Source: Ascidiella aspersa
Taxonomy: Eukaryota
Assembly: GCA_963924565.1 (NCBI GenBank)
Contig: OZ004613.1
Coordinates: forward strand, 18,104,001-18,168,000
Direction: 5' to 3'
Length of the DNA stretch: 64,000 bases
Shown here: positions 51,001 through 60,092 of the stretch, piece by piece
Position numbering within the stretch: position 1 is the first letter of the stretch
Layout of the letters: each line of letters starts with the position of its first letter
The notes under the pieces: model-generated
The model's database searches: none
The model's input: only the letters and a program-made list of their open reading frames with translations
What the model was told of the DNA's origin: nothing
Translations under genes and position numbers: made by a program

Positions 51001-52200
51001 TTCTAGAAAGGCAAGTGGGTCTTTAAAAATCTGTGGTGGGTCACTTTGTGACCCGCGGGTCAGTGGTTCGCCATCCCTGCCCTAGATCAATGCGATGCAC
51101 AGAAAGAGAACAAAGAGACGTCAGAAACTCTGACGGTATAAAACGAATAAGCTAACGAATTTGTTTTACGTTTGGAGTTATGCGAAAATGTGTAATTTAA
51201 GTCGAATTTAAAGAAGGCAACAAAAAAATGCGACTATGTTTGTTTTAAAATACCAACTTGAATTTAAAATTAGAGGGGCACTTTAAACATTAAGAACAGA
51301 CAAAAATAGTACAATGGTTGATATATTGGGGCTTATCAAGTTCTAGGGTTGGTTGACCCAAAAGTTAAGATTAAAATACGAAAAATATTCATACAAAAAA
51401 CTTATGGTTTTTAAAGCATTAAGTAACAGATGTGATGTGTTACTTGCGATACAACGGCCATATCGCAAATACGATATGAATAGGGAGAAACACACAACAT
51501 GGCATTAACTAAATTAGGTTAACAAAATGTGAATCGGTATATTTCAGAGTTAACAAAACGGTCGGTAGTTCGCTCATATTTTGAAGACGGAATACTTTTA
51601 ATGAGCCTAAAATCTAAAGTATCAGGCTAAGTTTGTTCAATTTTCGTTGCAGAGAGCGCCTTAGTGCAGAGGACGCTATTTGTCTGTAAAGTGGCCAAAG
51701 GTCGTGTGCGCCATACGAGAAAAACAGAAGAGATTCGCGCAAAGTGCGAAAACAATTTCCGTTTTAGTATTAAAAACAGGCTAAAAATCGAATTTGGTTT
51801 GGTTACGACTAAATCCGTTTCTGCAAAGAATGTTTACCATACAACCAAACATTACCCTATGCATTTTAATAAAAATATGCCAAGGGCCGGATTAAAATGC
51901 TTGGCGGGCCGTATGTTGCCCAGGTCTGTTATAGGCGAATAAAACATACTAGCAAGTAAAAAAAAAGTTTGCACCATAACTTAAAGTGTTTGTCAATCAG
52001 CGTTGAACAAAAAACACACAACAATATTTATCAATACCGCTTTCAGTGCAATCAATGTTTTGCACTTTTAAATAACTTTGTTATAAAATTAGTAACGTGT
52101 TTATTAACGCGATACTGCTTTACTAAATCGCTATTTATTATTTAGATCTTCCTGCTGCTTTACTCCAACCGCCTTTTTTCTGGGGAGGAGCATACATATC
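1..52200 (+). CDS. M13 family (neprilysin/ECE-like) type II membrane zinc metallopeptidase homolog, partial multi-exon gene: join(<1..73,4187..4255,4791..4949,5012..5095,14747..14952,15016..15075,24193..24336,32353..32418,32487..32626,39083..39173,39254..39382,40017..40196,49766..49931,52146..>52200)
   Basis: Manual splicing at GT-AG sites gives one stop-free frame (1622 nt) with matching intron phases. M13 hallmarks appear in the correct order: hydrophobic anchor, [58 protein letters not shown]...[22 protein letters not shown]. The start codon and the HExxH exon were not found in the window. Confidence 0.92.
780..1680 (-). repeat. Diverged tandem-repeat array (about 3 partial units), same family as 57600-58560
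   Basis: Segments starting near 971, 1314 and 1585 share acgtaaaacct...ctgcgtc-aacgtaag...accgccgc...ttttgc; the reverse complement aligns by eye to 57630-58550. Confidence 0.7.
2010..2102 (+). mobile_element. hAT (Blackjack-like) transposon end with CCGGGAC subterminal repeats
   Basis: Five CCGGGAC motifs ending ATGGCAAGCCTA. The inverse TAGGCTTGCCAT lies at 179-190, but the flanking 8-mers match poorly. Confidence 0.55.
2842..2879 (-). ncRNA. Hammerhead ribozyme motif, inverted copy in the left pLTR arm
   Basis: Exact reverse complement of 3315-3352. Confidence 0.72.
3315..3352 (+). ncRNA. Type I hammerhead ribozyme motif (minimal PLE type), intact core
   Basis: CUGAUGA (3318-3324), stem II GGCA/UGCC, GAAAC (3342-3346), palindromic AAACGUUU, short stem I UCA/UGA. 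Confidence 0.75.
4187..4255 (+). CDS. M13 peptidase exon ([23 protein letters not shown])
   Basis: ttttccAG acceptor and G|GTAAG donor; CxxxxC pair typical of the start of the M13 ectodomain. Confidence 0.85.
4791..4949 (+). CDS. M13 peptidase exon ([24 protein letters not shown]...SNLR)
   Basis: [11 protein letters not shown] family signature; phase 1 to phase 1. Confidence 0.92.
5012..5095 (+). CDS. M13 peptidase exon ([28 protein letters not shown])
   Basis: KAKxLYxSCM motif; 62-nt upstream intron. Confidence 0.92.
6068..6737. mobile_element. Non-autonomous hAT element (MITE)
   Basis: TIR CAGGGATCGGCAA/TTGCCGACCCCTG; TSD ATATAAAG/ATTTAAAG; GGCCCGC subterminal motifs; sibling at about 21430-22100. 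Confidence 0.8.
7111..7694. mobile_element. hAT MITE rich in GAACCG motifs
   Basis: TIR CAGGTAGTCGAACC/GGTTCGACTCCCTG; perfect TSD CTTAAAAG. Confidence 0.88.
8210..9537. mobile_element. hAT MITE (sibling of 58605-59481), left end eroded, interrupted by 8268-8802
   Basis: Collinear with 58630-59481 once the insert is removed; ends TTGGACCACCCTG. Confidence 0.78.
8268..8802. mobile_element. hAT (Charlie-like) MITE
   Basis: TIR CAGGGGTGGGCAAC/GTTGCCCACCCCTG; perfect TSD CTTTAAGG; shorter sibling at about 62003-62142. Confidence 0.9.
9800..10243. mobile_element. Partial hAT MITE, inverted sibling of 50448-51079
   Basis: Ends GGTTCGCCATCCCTG; the interior aligns to the reverse complement of 50448-50890. 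Confidence 0.75.
10605..11098. mobile_element. MITE family with 21-bp subterminal tandem repeats (GAATTTAGGCCTTATTCCGAT), copy 1
   Basis: About 8 degenerate 21-mers at 10821-10985; termini resemble GCCATAAGACC...GGTCTT..TGTGTTCCC; related copies at about 12600-13150, 35070-35625 and 48966-49510. Confidence 0.7.
11374..11768. mobile_element. hAT-like MITE with GCGGTGCAG motifs
   Basis: Termini CAGAGATG/CATCTCTA; CAAGACAG present at both boundaries. Confidence 0.6.
11827..12311 (+). pseudogene. Internally deleted hAT (Charlie/Buster-type) transposase remnant plus right TIR
   Basis: [19 protein letters not shown] is joined in frame (with stops) to the dimerization-domain tail KYPQLK...[28 protein letters not shown]; ends TTTGCCCACTCCTG. 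Confidence 0.75.
12600..13150. mobile_element. 21-bp-repeat MITE family, copy 2 (inverted)
   Basis: Shares GGGACGATCGGGGGCCATC, GGTTAGGG and GGCCTTATTC motifs with the other copies. Confidence 0.65.
14747..14952 (+). CDS. M13 peptidase exon ([12 protein letters not shown]...WPIL...NNGYVIK)
   Basis: ttttcAG acceptor, AAG|GTGG donor; G..PL and WP motifs; lies within ORF 14749..15015. Confidence 0.9.
15016..15075 (+). CDS. M13 peptidase exon ([20 protein letters not shown])
   Basis: IDQxxL..YY motif; phase 0 to phase 0; 63-nt upstream intron. Confidence 0.88.
15175..15545. mobile_element. hAT MITE
   Basis: TIR TAGGGATGTCCG/CGGACATCCTTA; TSD ATCACGTT/ATCACGAA. Confidence 0.7.
16296..19051 (+). 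mobile_element. Decayed near-full-length hAT transposon (SPIN/Charlie/Buster-like transposase pseudogene)
   Basis: BED finger [24 protein letters not shown]; LSRPTI; TTRGEDL; AT(V)GAPA; C-terminal [17 protein letters not shown]. TIRs GAGGGGGACGAA/TTCGTCACCCTTG; TSD TTTTAGGA/ATTTAGGA; many frameshifts. Confidence 0.88.
16631..16975. mobile_element. PIF/Harbinger-like MITE nested in the hAT element
   Basis: About 30-bp TIR AGGCCCGTTTACACTACAGCTGCACTGAGC; three internal GAGTTTAGCAAAGCGT repeats. Confidence 0.75.
19631..20846. mobile_element. Two same-family MITEs, one (20083-20803) inserted in inverted orientation inside the other
   Basis: TIR GCCCGTTTATATGCAC appears four times (one degenerate); the inner copy is flanked by TTAA; arms 19948-20079 and 20121-20251 are near-complementary. 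Confidence 0.78.
21334..22365. mobile_element. hAT MITE containing a copy of the 6068-6737 family
   Basis: TIR CAGGGTTTCCCAAA/TTTGGGAAACCCTG; flanks TTCTATAG/TTCTTATAG. Confidence 0.8.
24193..24336 (+). CDS. M13 peptidase exon ([14 protein letters not shown]...[12 protein letters not shown])
   Basis: FExxLA motif; ttttAG acceptor; 48 codons. Confidence 0.88.
25758..26141. mobile_element. hAT MITE
   Basis: TIR CACTGGTCGGCAAA/TTTGCCGAACACTG; TSD TACTAGTG/CACTAGTC. Confidence 0.65.
26352..30180 (+). mobile_element. Decayed DNA transposon with ~210-260-bp imperfect TIRs, TTAA-type target and a large transposase-like ORF with C-terminal Cys-rich (CXC-like) tail (Kolobok-like, tentative)
   Basis: 26352-26615 is complementary to about 29972-30180; flanks GTAA/TTAA. 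Frameshifted peptides include [62 protein letters not shown] and a terminal SCNC...CISAC region. Confidence 0.75.
32353..32418 (+). CDS. M13 peptidase exon ([22 protein letters not shown])
   Basis: Phase 0 to phase 0; T-I-x-x-L-Q pattern expected at this position; 68-nt intron follows. Confidence 0.7.
32487..32626 (+). CDS. M13 peptidase exon ([15 protein letters not shown]...[15 protein letters not shown])
   Basis: FxW and YLxxLxxLL..TP.R motifs; phase 0 to phase 2. Confidence 0.88.
34922..35920 (+). mobile_element. Internally deleted hAT element with a BED-finger remnant and a nested MITE (about 35070-35625)
   Basis: TIR CAGGGGCGGGCAAC/GTTGCCCGCCCCTG; perfect TSD CACTAGAG; [27 protein letters not shown] (ORF 35707..35898). 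Confidence 0.88.
36545..38032 (-). mobile_element. Decayed Chapaev-3-like (CMC) transposon
   Basis: Minus-strand peptides include [26 protein letters not shown] and MEKRYQ..W; subterminal sequence shared with 61785-61914. Confidence 0.78.
38085..38690 (+). mobile_element. 3' remnant of a Penelope-like element (GIY-YIG tail plus degenerate hammerhead at 38622-38652)
   Basis: [24 protein letters not shown]...[11 protein letters not shown]-type C-terminus, followed by CUUAUGA-AGCAC-A-GUGC-GAAAGUUUG. Confidence 0.7.
39083..39173 (+). CDS. M13 peptidase exon ([30 protein letters not shown])
   Basis: NYxxWR...LS motif; phase 2 to phase 0; AAG|GTAAG donor. Confidence 0.9.
39254..39382 (+). CDS. 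M13 peptidase exon ([19 protein letters not shown]...YFAKNKKKS)
   Basis: RWxxCV motif; lies within ORF 39248..39559. Confidence 0.92.
39428..39967. mobile_element. hAT-like MITE filling most of intron 39383-40016
   Basis: TIR CAGGGGCGGAT/ATCCGCCCCTG; degenerate TSD TTTGCAAT/TTTGTATG. Confidence 0.7.
40017..40196 (+). CDS. M13 peptidase exon ([12 protein letters not shown]...WID...NIGYAEF...KQ)
   Basis: IxxAF, W(M/I)D and IGY motifs; lies within ORF 40005..40217. Confidence 0.92.
40646..41353 (-). repeat. 3' LTR (708 bp)
   Basis: Near-identical to 46912-47534; bordered by CTCCCCCCAAAA (PPT on the minus strand). Confidence 0.93.
41624..46911 (-). pseudogene. BEL/Pao gag-pol polyprotein, frameshifted
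   Basis: Gag [11 protein letters not shown]; knuckles [14 protein letters not shown] and CSVKDC..HHSLLH; protease AFLDQGS; [28 protein letters not shown]; RNase H LHVFADAS and IPRLEL; integrase H..SGH..CLKC, DYFGP, SDNGTN, GGAWER. Confidence 0.93.
46912..47534 (-). repeat. 5' LTR (623 bp)
   Basis: Direct repeat of 40646-41353 lacking an internal ~80-bp segment. Confidence 0.93.
48570..48700 (-). mobile_element. Probable LINE (CR1/L2-group) 3' end
   Basis: 10-bp GC stem CCAGGGGCAG/CTGCCCCTGG (48644-48685), followed on the minus strand by AATAAA and a TCTA-like short tandem tail. Confidence 0.45.
48966..49510. mobile_element. 21-bp-repeat MITE family, copy 4
   Basis: Starts GGAGTCTAGCCATAAGACC; shares GGAATAAGACCTAAATGGCC and AACCCT motifs with 35070-35625. 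Confidence 0.65.
49766..49931 (+). CDS. M13 peptidase exon ([13 protein letters not shown]...[15 protein letters not shown])
   Basis: F.EN and YSP..N.I motifs; T|GTAAGT donor in phase 1. Confidence 0.88.
50448..51079. mobile_element. hAT MITE
   Basis: TIR CAGGGATGGCGAACC/GGTTCGCCATCCCTG; perfect TSD CCCTAGAT. Confidence 0.9.
52146..52200 (+). CDS. M13 peptidase exon ([19 protein letters not shown])
   Basis: PAxxLQPPFF signature; tttAG acceptor and GTAAGT donor. Confidence 0.92.
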
Positions 52201-52330
52201 GTAAGTGTACTATCATATTGTAAGGGTAAGAATATTCTGTTGCTGCCAGGCATTGTGCATTATATCAAATATAAATTGTCCGTGATTTCTCAGTCTATCT
52301 GCTGAGGTTGTGATAACCTACTCAGGTAAT

Positions 52331-52844
52331 TGTTACGCCCCGCCGCGACTTGTGTACTGGGCCTGGCGCCTAACCGTATACAGCTCTGTCCGGCAGGACG
52401 CAACCGAGTGAGTTCTATTTGGTTGGCGAAGGTTTCTGGTCAGATATGCTACCTGTCGAAACCACAACTAAAATACCAATCAAAAGTATATTGTTACAAT
52501 GTGAATTTAAACGTTATCAAATAGCATTAGTGAATGTATATTTGTTTTCAAGTTAATGTGAAACAGACATCCACCGCCTATTGCAGCGACTGTCGGCTAA
52601 GAATGCGCAAAAGACTGCCCGAAAAGCCGCTAAGAAACGTATATGGCCAATACGTAGGAAGAAAAAGAACACGAAAGTTACGTCATATTTGGCCAATAAG
52701 ACTGGCCGGAACTTTTTAAACATGGTTAGGCGCTCTTTTAAGATTACAGCGGCCATTCTAGGGCCAATTTGCAGCGGGAGTAGGACGCCAGCAAAACAAG
52801 TGGCTTGTTTTGCAGAGGTGAGAACATCGCCCGCAAGACTGACA
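52331..52844. repeat. Possible solo LTR
   Basis: GC-richer block bounded by TGTTA...TGACA with flanks GTAAT/GTATA; no second copy in the window. Confidence 0.3.
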
Positions 52845-53149
52845 GTATATAAGTTTTATTATAGAATTTCTTAATCTATTATATCATAGATTAAGAGATT
52901 AAACGTTAAAAGTCAAGTTTGAAACGAGGCGAGCGGACACACGAAAACTCAATCGACGAATTGCTTTTGAAATATTATATTATGCAACCAATAATACATT
53001 TGATTATGCGAAAACTAGAACGCGCTAATCTAAAACCTTATTTATCAATTCGTAAAATAACTTAATGAACTAGATTTGGCTTAAGGAAATTAATTAATTT
53101 AGGTGTTTAATGTGTTAGTGAACACGTAACAGCAATCTTCTTTAAGGCA

Positions 53150-54770
53150 ATGACTTGCAACTGAAAGAAAACAAATATAGATACAAAACACAGTGGAGGT
53201 TGACAAAACGATTTGAAAGCCCGACTAACATCAAAACTTGAATAATTAACTGGTAAACGTAACACTCTTTTAAACTTGAGCGGACTCCAATAAATTAGTT
53301 TTTTTCATATTTTGTTAAAAAAGGGCTATGCGTGTTCAATGCACATCTTAATTTATTGCACAACACGGACGACACTGAACCTCGGATATACTGGTTACAC
53401 AAAAGGCACAAGTATGGTATACCACTATCACTCAAGTTATTTGTTGGTAGCCCAAAGTATCATCTTGTCAAGTACTTGGCCAAAATGGGTTTACCACTGG
53501 TCAGCAACACCTATAGAAGCGTCCGTAACTCAACTCAGTTTGCAGAAGCTATCGCCAGTGTTTTAAACACACTGTTATCATTCGAGGTGGTGTCATTTTT
53601 CACCATCGACCCCATTATTTTGGCCATGGAGCTGATATCCACAAAGCTAAGAAATGATCATTGCCTCACGACATATCGCAGTGGTTGCACGAGAACCTTA
53701 TCAGAGGTAGTAAACTTTGTCTGGAAACGACACACATTACCCTTCCTAGACTATCGAAAGACCAAGCGATTTCCACACTCGCTCATAATCTGATCTTTTA
53801 GAAAAATATATGCGGATGATACGTGCGGTCATGGACAATAGACAAGTACAACCCTCCCTAAGGTAATTAAACGCACGAGAGACGAGACCATCAAGTTCCT
53901 ATGGAACCTTGCATACTATTCTCGACACATTGGTGGGACATTTTGCCAATGGTGTGGTAAAAACACAAGTGGACCAAAAATCGACCAACACGGATAGGGT
54001 CGTGCACTTTACACTACATTGCTCACTTTCTCACAAACTTGCGGTCGTGCATGCCGAGGCGAAGTGAGCCAGACGCCTCACACGAGATTGATCGGCGGAC
54101 TTTGTCGGCGAGTTGAATCTTGTGCGCTTAGCACTATGCCCCGATGAGAACAAAATGGATGGTCAAACAATCCCGGCCTAAATTATTGACTTGACGAACG
54201 GATTGATTAGTAATAATATCTTACAAATTTATAGGATGGTATCGAGCGGATGTTACGCGAATTTGGAATGTCAGTGGTCATAAACCCATAACAGAGTCTG
54301 GTAATCAGACCCTATGGATAGGTTGCTTTCTCAGCCTAAATACCCAGTAAATATATCTTTCTAAAGGGTGTAGTCACTGTACAAGGGGTGTAGTCACTAT
54401 AGTGTATAACAGGTGCGGAATGTTCCCTATGGTGAAAGGGAGCAATTATTTCATATTAAAAAAAACACCAACGGAACGATGCGTCGAAAATCGACGTTAG
54501 CCATTCTTGCGTCTTTAGTAAACGTCATGACAGCAACTTTGTATATTTGTGTATTGCGGATCGAGAGGCAGTGTACCACGGCAATGTGTTTTTAGAGTCA
54601 TCGACGATACAATTAACATCAAGCAAGACACTCGTTCTCATGTTCTCATGTTGTATATATTTTTAGATAAGTTGCAAATTCATTGCCCTGATGAAGATTA
54701 CCTGAATAGGACATCAAAAATACACTTTGTCGAACGAACAATTTATAATTGATGTGGGGGTCTGCCTAAT
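53150..54770 (+). mobile_element. Heavily decayed Penelope-like element (RT and GIY-YIG remnants, degenerate hammerhead at about 54688-54720)
   Basis: ORF 53332..53793 (PRIYWLHKRHKYGIPL...SPKYHLVKYL...VRNSTQF...LSFEVVSFFT..P) matches the PLE RT pattern (YGLPKxHK..PLRP, SFDVxSLFT); YADD at about 53809-53820; downstream CCUGAUGAAGAU. Confidence 0.75.
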
Positions 54771-55383
54771 TATTTACAAATTTACATTATACTTTTATAA
54801 ACTGGTTATATTATTCACGTTTTTGTTGTAGAAGGTTTAATAAAAGTTGTTTCTAAAGCTCATAGTATTCATTTATCAATTTATAATAGCACATACTTCC
54901 TATCCCATCAGTTGAAACTTGTTTTCTAAAGACTAGACACAACAACGCTTTTTTTATATTTCCTTTTAACAAAAAAGTTAGAAAGCTAAAGGCGGCGTAA
55001 AGTGTTGAACAAGCGTTTATTACCGAGTTATGAAGTAGCCATGATATTATTTAAACTGCTTGATATCATTTAGACCACCGTGGTCGAACTACAGGCCTGC
55101 AAATGTGGCCCACGGTCTCTATTTATCTCCCCGCAATATGAACTAGTAATAAATTAAAAATAAATATCAAACATTATATTGCATTGGCCGGCAATCAAAT
55201 CGCCTGGCGCATAGTTACATTAGCTACCTTTCGTTTCGCGGATGTAAGCGTCGCCAAAAAAACAACTTTAACCTAATCTTGCTTGTTAAAGTTGGGAGTG
55301 TATTCATTTTGACCTGATTTCAGTGCAGCGCCACATCTGTTAAGTACATTTTGCCAACTGGTAACTAAAACCAAACAGAGGAC

Positions 55384-55384
<1 letters not shown>

Positions 55385-55420
<36 letters not shown>
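55385..55420. repeat. Poly(T) tract, 36 nt
   Basis: Directly visible. Confidence 0.95.
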
Positions 55421-55423
<3 letters not shown>

Positions 55424-55619
55424 ACGTAACTTGTCGTGTAAGGTTTTTATGGCCTCTTAAACAAATTGCTTTTGGTTGCCCGCGACAAAATATAATAGAA
55501 CTTCGCTGTTCAACGAAATGCATTTTGTGCAAAATTTGTAGTTTAAGCATGTTTAACGTTTGTGCGTATATTTTACGCCAATTGAAGAAGTAATAATAAT
55601 ATTATTATTATTATTTTTG

Positions 55620-57000
55620 TTAATATCGGGATCTAAGCCTGCTCCGACATTTCTAGTTGTTGATCTTTTTTCCATATCATATGATCCAAACAAAACCACA
55701 AAGGTTGTAAAAGAGATCTAAAACAACTTTATTCAACAAAAGCAGAATACTATATAGTTACGCAAGAACGCATCATCAGTTCTGCTAATAACTGTAAACA
55801 CAACGAAAACACCGAAGTTATATATGAATATAAACTATTAGCAAGTCTAAAATATCAATAACAGAATTACAATACAGAACAGTCCAGGTGTAAACCAATA
55901 GTGAAGTTAAAATTGCAAAAGAAAAAGGAAAAACAGCTATAATAAAAGGAAATCGCAATGCCTGAAGCAAAACACCGCCAAGAAATCGCAAAGAAATTAT
56001 GAGGTTGCGCAAAAAGTAGGACAATGAAAGGAGATAAAAACGGGAGGTTAAGGATTATTTAATAGTAGGTGTTATAATATGCTGAATATTTATGGTAGCT
56101 CCTATTTTATTTAACCAAATATCTTCGTGAAAGTCCAGCTGTGCCATTTCGGGTTGTGCAACGAATGTTACATTGTAACATTCGTGTATTGGATGTTTTT
56201 TTGCAGTACATTGCTGTGATGCTTGGCGTAATGTCGCAGGAGGGCAGCTTGGTCGTTATTACCTGAAATGTCAAACTTTTTCCAGTGGTTCCTATGTGCA
56301 GTTCATCTGGTCGAAAATTTATTTTTTGTTTGGCCGACATACTGGTTTTTACATAATTTACATGTCGCGACATAAATACCGTAGTTAGCGCACGTTAGAT
56401 TGCGTTTGAGTCTGATAAATCCTTGTGGGGTGTACAGCTTTATGGAAGTGTTAACCATTGAAATTTTATATTTTCCATATTTGCCACACAAAGCACATTT
56501 TCCACATGGACCCGACTTTCCATCCTCAATATTTTGGCTGTTAAAAGCCAAACGGCGATAATTTGTGAGAATTACTCCGAGTGTTTGCGGGTTTTTATAC
56601 GTTATAGTTGTTGGAGGTATTAATTTCCTTTCTTAGTATTTTTTTTGGTCAGCCTTAATATTTTGGGAAACTGGGAGGGCCAAACTGTTATATCCTTTGC
56701 TTTTCTTTCTTCTTTTTTCGGTGGACCGAAACGTTCTTTCCAGGTACTAGCCTTCTGGATGATATCATCTACCATATTTTTAGGAAAACTCGAGTTTTTC
56801 GCCTTTGAAGCTAGTCTACTGAGACTTTCTTTGAAGTCGGAAAACATTTCGTTTAATCTTCTTAACCGAACTGCCTCACCAAAAACTATGGATTTGAAAA
56901 TCGACATCGGGTGGTGTGATGTGGCTTGTAGGAAACACCTATCTCGCGCTCTTTCTTTTGTGAAATCCTTGGTTGTAAAACCTTCTGGTGTAAGATTAGT
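55620..57000 (-). mobile_element. 5'-truncated Penelope-like element (RT thumb, Cys-rich linker, GIY-YIG endonuclease, hammerhead)
   Basis: ORF 56620..56907 SIFKSIVFGEAVRLRRLN; ORF 56303..56551 PCGKCALC...TCANYGIYVATCKLCKNQYVGQT. Confidence 0.85.
55741..55786 (-). ncRNA. Type I hammerhead ribozyme motif with one core substitution
   Basis: AGCAGAA-CUGAUGA-U-GCG(UUCU)UGC-GUAA-CUAUAUAG-UA-UUCUGCU: perfect 7-bp stem I, palindromic stem III, GAAA read as GUAA. Confidence 0.72.
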
Positions 57001-57599
57001 TATTGAATGTATTTTACGCCACTGTCATATCGTCTTAGCATCGCGAGTAACGCCTATTCAACCTTTAAAGCGAGATAAACGCAATGTAGCCTGTGTTTTC
57101 TTTTGTGCAGCTTTCCATGATTTGTGATTCAGCGCCGAATTTGTCAATTATACTTCTAAATGAAAAGTTTTGACAAGTGCCAACTAAAATCAAATAGACG
57201 ATTTTTTCGTTTGTTCAAGAACAGCACGTCTTTTAGCATTACATGAATTATGACGTCCCTTGCAACATTGGCCCGCTAGGACCTGCCATAAATATAAATG
57301 CAAAAAATATAGATGGACCACGCTGATTTAAGGCTACTGTAAAATAGTTTGACAATGGCTAATAGGGATAGCAAGACAATAATACGTTTATGGCTAAATA
57401 TTGTTATTCATCCAATCATTACTACATTTTCCGAACCTTTAATGAATGCAGTAGTCTTTAGCTCACAATTTACTGCAAAAAGCGCAAAAACTATAAAATA
57501 ACAACTACGTCAGATACTGCTACCACACGGGTCGTATAGCCTACTAAACATACTTTGAAAAAACAGCCTTCCCAGCAATGTTGTGATGGTGATTGAGGC

Positions 57600-58560
57600 C
57601 AAAGTCTATTGAATTCATACAATGGGTTTAACCACGAAATACTTGGCAGAGGTCGCGAAATGTTGCGTTCATTGCAGCAGTTTAACAGAAAGCATTTGTT
57701 TTTTCAATGAGGATTTCTTACGTTTGACGCAGTTTAGCACTGGGATTACGTATTTGCTTAAATATCACGCTATCAAGCAAGTCGAAACAAATTGCTGCTA
57801 CCACCTGAAGTTTTACGTTTGAGAGTTATTGTCAATTGACAAATGTCAAGGGTTTTCGTTACTTAAAAGATGTATGACATGCTTAGCCAAGTGTTGTGTA
57901 CTATAGTCAATTATTTAGTCGTATTATTTCAAAAACATCACACAACAGTGGTTGCATGTTTACTCGAAAGGACGGGCATGCGACTTTTCGCAAAACCTCT
58001 TGACGAAAAGGGTAAAAGGTTTTCACACATTTATAAGGCAATAACCTGCGTGAAGTGCATTGCCTTGGTAAAAATAAAATTTCATGTGGCAAAGTTTATA
58101 CTTTTATGTTTAACAGCTTTTTGCAGTTTGTTTAACCACGTAAAAGATAGTTCGCAAAATATTGCGTTAATTGCAGCCTTTTCCCTGACATTCTTTTATG
58201 AGGCATTAAGACACTTACACAGAAAACTTACAACAACCCCAACCGAGTTTAAACTACGCAACATTTGGACTAAGTTAGCAAAATATCGAGTTTATTGCAG
58301 CGGTTTAAACACGAAGCAAATTTACTTTTCAAACGGGATTTGTTTTTCGTTGGATGCAGTATGGTATTTACCGTGATGGCTTATTTGCTTGGATTTCGCG
58401 GAATTTGAACAATTGCTGCCACGACTTTCTTTACGTTTGTTAATAATTGTTGATCGACATATGTCACGGGTTTTCGTTACGTAAATTATGTGAGACGTCT
58501 TTAGCCAAGGTTGTGTGTTTAGTAGCTCCATTTCAAAAAGCACACAACGTTTCAATTTGG
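57600..58560 (+). repeat. Diverged tandem-repeat array (about 2 units), same family as 780-1680
   Basis: 57650-57945 and 58270-58550 align (ttgcagc-gttta, tgtca-gggttttcgttac, ttagccaag, tttcaaaaa). Confidence 0.7.
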
Positions 58561-58604
58561 TTTGATGTTAAATACCCCATGTTTTTTAAATTCATCGGCT
58601 ATAT

Positions 58605-59481
58605 CAGGGTGGTCCAAATCCAGGCCCGCGACACCATTGTGCGTGGCCCGCGAAGCACTGTTGAATTATTGCAATGCGTACCGTTGAGGGTTCATTCAAA
58701 GAAACTAACCAACGAACAGTAAGCATACTGCAATTGTTTGGTTATGATTACATTTTTCCGGTTATACCATGTAAAAAACAGTTTTCTATCGCTCACCAAA
58801 TTCGGATCTAGGGTGTGGCAAGAACGCTTAATTTTTGGTATGTGTTAGACCGGTTTGAGAGAAGCCGCAGTGCGTCTTATGGAACTTTCTAAAGTGATGT
58901 TGTGCGAACTTATAAGTTATATTTGCGTTTTAAAGTAAATGTACGATAAAATATATCGCGCTGCTCGAAAGTAATGTTTTACAGATTTTCACTGTGACTT
59001 TAGGCGAAACGCCCTCACCCTTTTCAAGATGCAATTTAAGCCAAATCGAAGTGGTTAATAAAACCTTTTTTGCGCAAAACGATAATGTTTTGTAATTTAG
59101 CGATTGTGTAGTATACAACATCTCTCTTGAAATTTTAGTAAGATACGCACACGGTTTACGCGAACATTTTACGCTTATAAAAGCAGTCTTCTAAATATTT
59201 TTTTTATTAAATACGAAATTTTTCGCGCTTCGCGCGAACCATTTTCCCCAGTCTCATAACATTAAATTTCATTTGCGCACAACTTTGACGATAGAAGCAA
59301 GTTTATTGAGCTTATATGTGTTCAAAGTTACTTTGTGACGTCATTTTTAAACTTTTTGTGCCCCGCCCAAACGGAAATCGTTGATCCGCTCCTGGCACAC
59401 ATGTAGACTACTTTATGTAGATCGCAAAGAATATGCAATAAATATTGTGGCCCGCGATGCATTAAACCTTTGACCACCCTG
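58605..59481. mobile_element. hAT MITE
   Basis: TIR CAGGGTGGTC/GACCACCCTG; perfect TSD GGCTATAT. Confidence 0.9.
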
Positions 59482-59739
59482 GGCTATATCATGCGGCTTC
59501 GGCAAGCTTATACAATGCTGGTAGCTCGTGAATTGGTAATTAAATGGTCACAGCGCGTTCGCGACTTTCCTTTAGTGACCTATTTTAGACACAAAACTGC
59601 TTTTTAGGTTATACGTTAATTTTTTATCTTTAGATTGTTTTAACTAAATGATAAAAGTACTGGAAAATTGCGAAGACAAAGAATTAGATATTTAGAGCCA
59701 CACACATAAGTCAAAGAATTAAACACGCCATTCCGGTTT

Positions 59740-59839
59740 NNNNNNNNNNNNNNNNNNNNNNNNNNNNNNNNNNNNNNNNNNNNNNNNNNNNNNNNNNNNN
59801 NNNNNNNNNNNNNNNNNNNNNNNNNNNNNNNNNNNNNNN
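59740..59839. other. Assembly gap (100 N)
   Basis: Run of N. Confidence 1.
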
Positions 59840-60064
59840 TACGAAGATAGTACGCTATCCGCAAAATTACTTTCTGGTTATATGCTGATTACCTAACTTA
59901 GCTTCCATAATTATGGGCTATAACATAAGGCTATTAGTTTAACATGTTACAACGTAATGTGCAATAGTAATAAAGAGCCACACTATGATGGATTGTTTCA
60001 TTTTGTTTAACCAGATAGAATTCAGGTAGACTTCGTACATTATGATGGTAAATATTCTATTTAA

Positions 60065-60092
60065 CCTGGGCAACGCCGGTTATTTCGTCTAG
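60065..60092 (+). mobile_element. Helitron 3' terminus
   Basis: CCTGGGCAACGCCGG hairpin-like motif about 10 nt upstream of CTAG|T. Confidence 0.6.

Larger units (their letters stand above)
55076..57325. mobile_element. hAT-like MITE hosting the minus-strand PLE
   Basis: Termini CACCGTGGTC/GACCACGCTG; weak TSD ATTTAGAC/ATTTAAGG. Confidence 0.5.

Noticed and set aside
52294-52325. AG...GT-bounded candidate next exon of the peptidase
   Set aside because: The translation (SLSAEVVITYS) has no resemblance to the expected NxG...HExxH segment.
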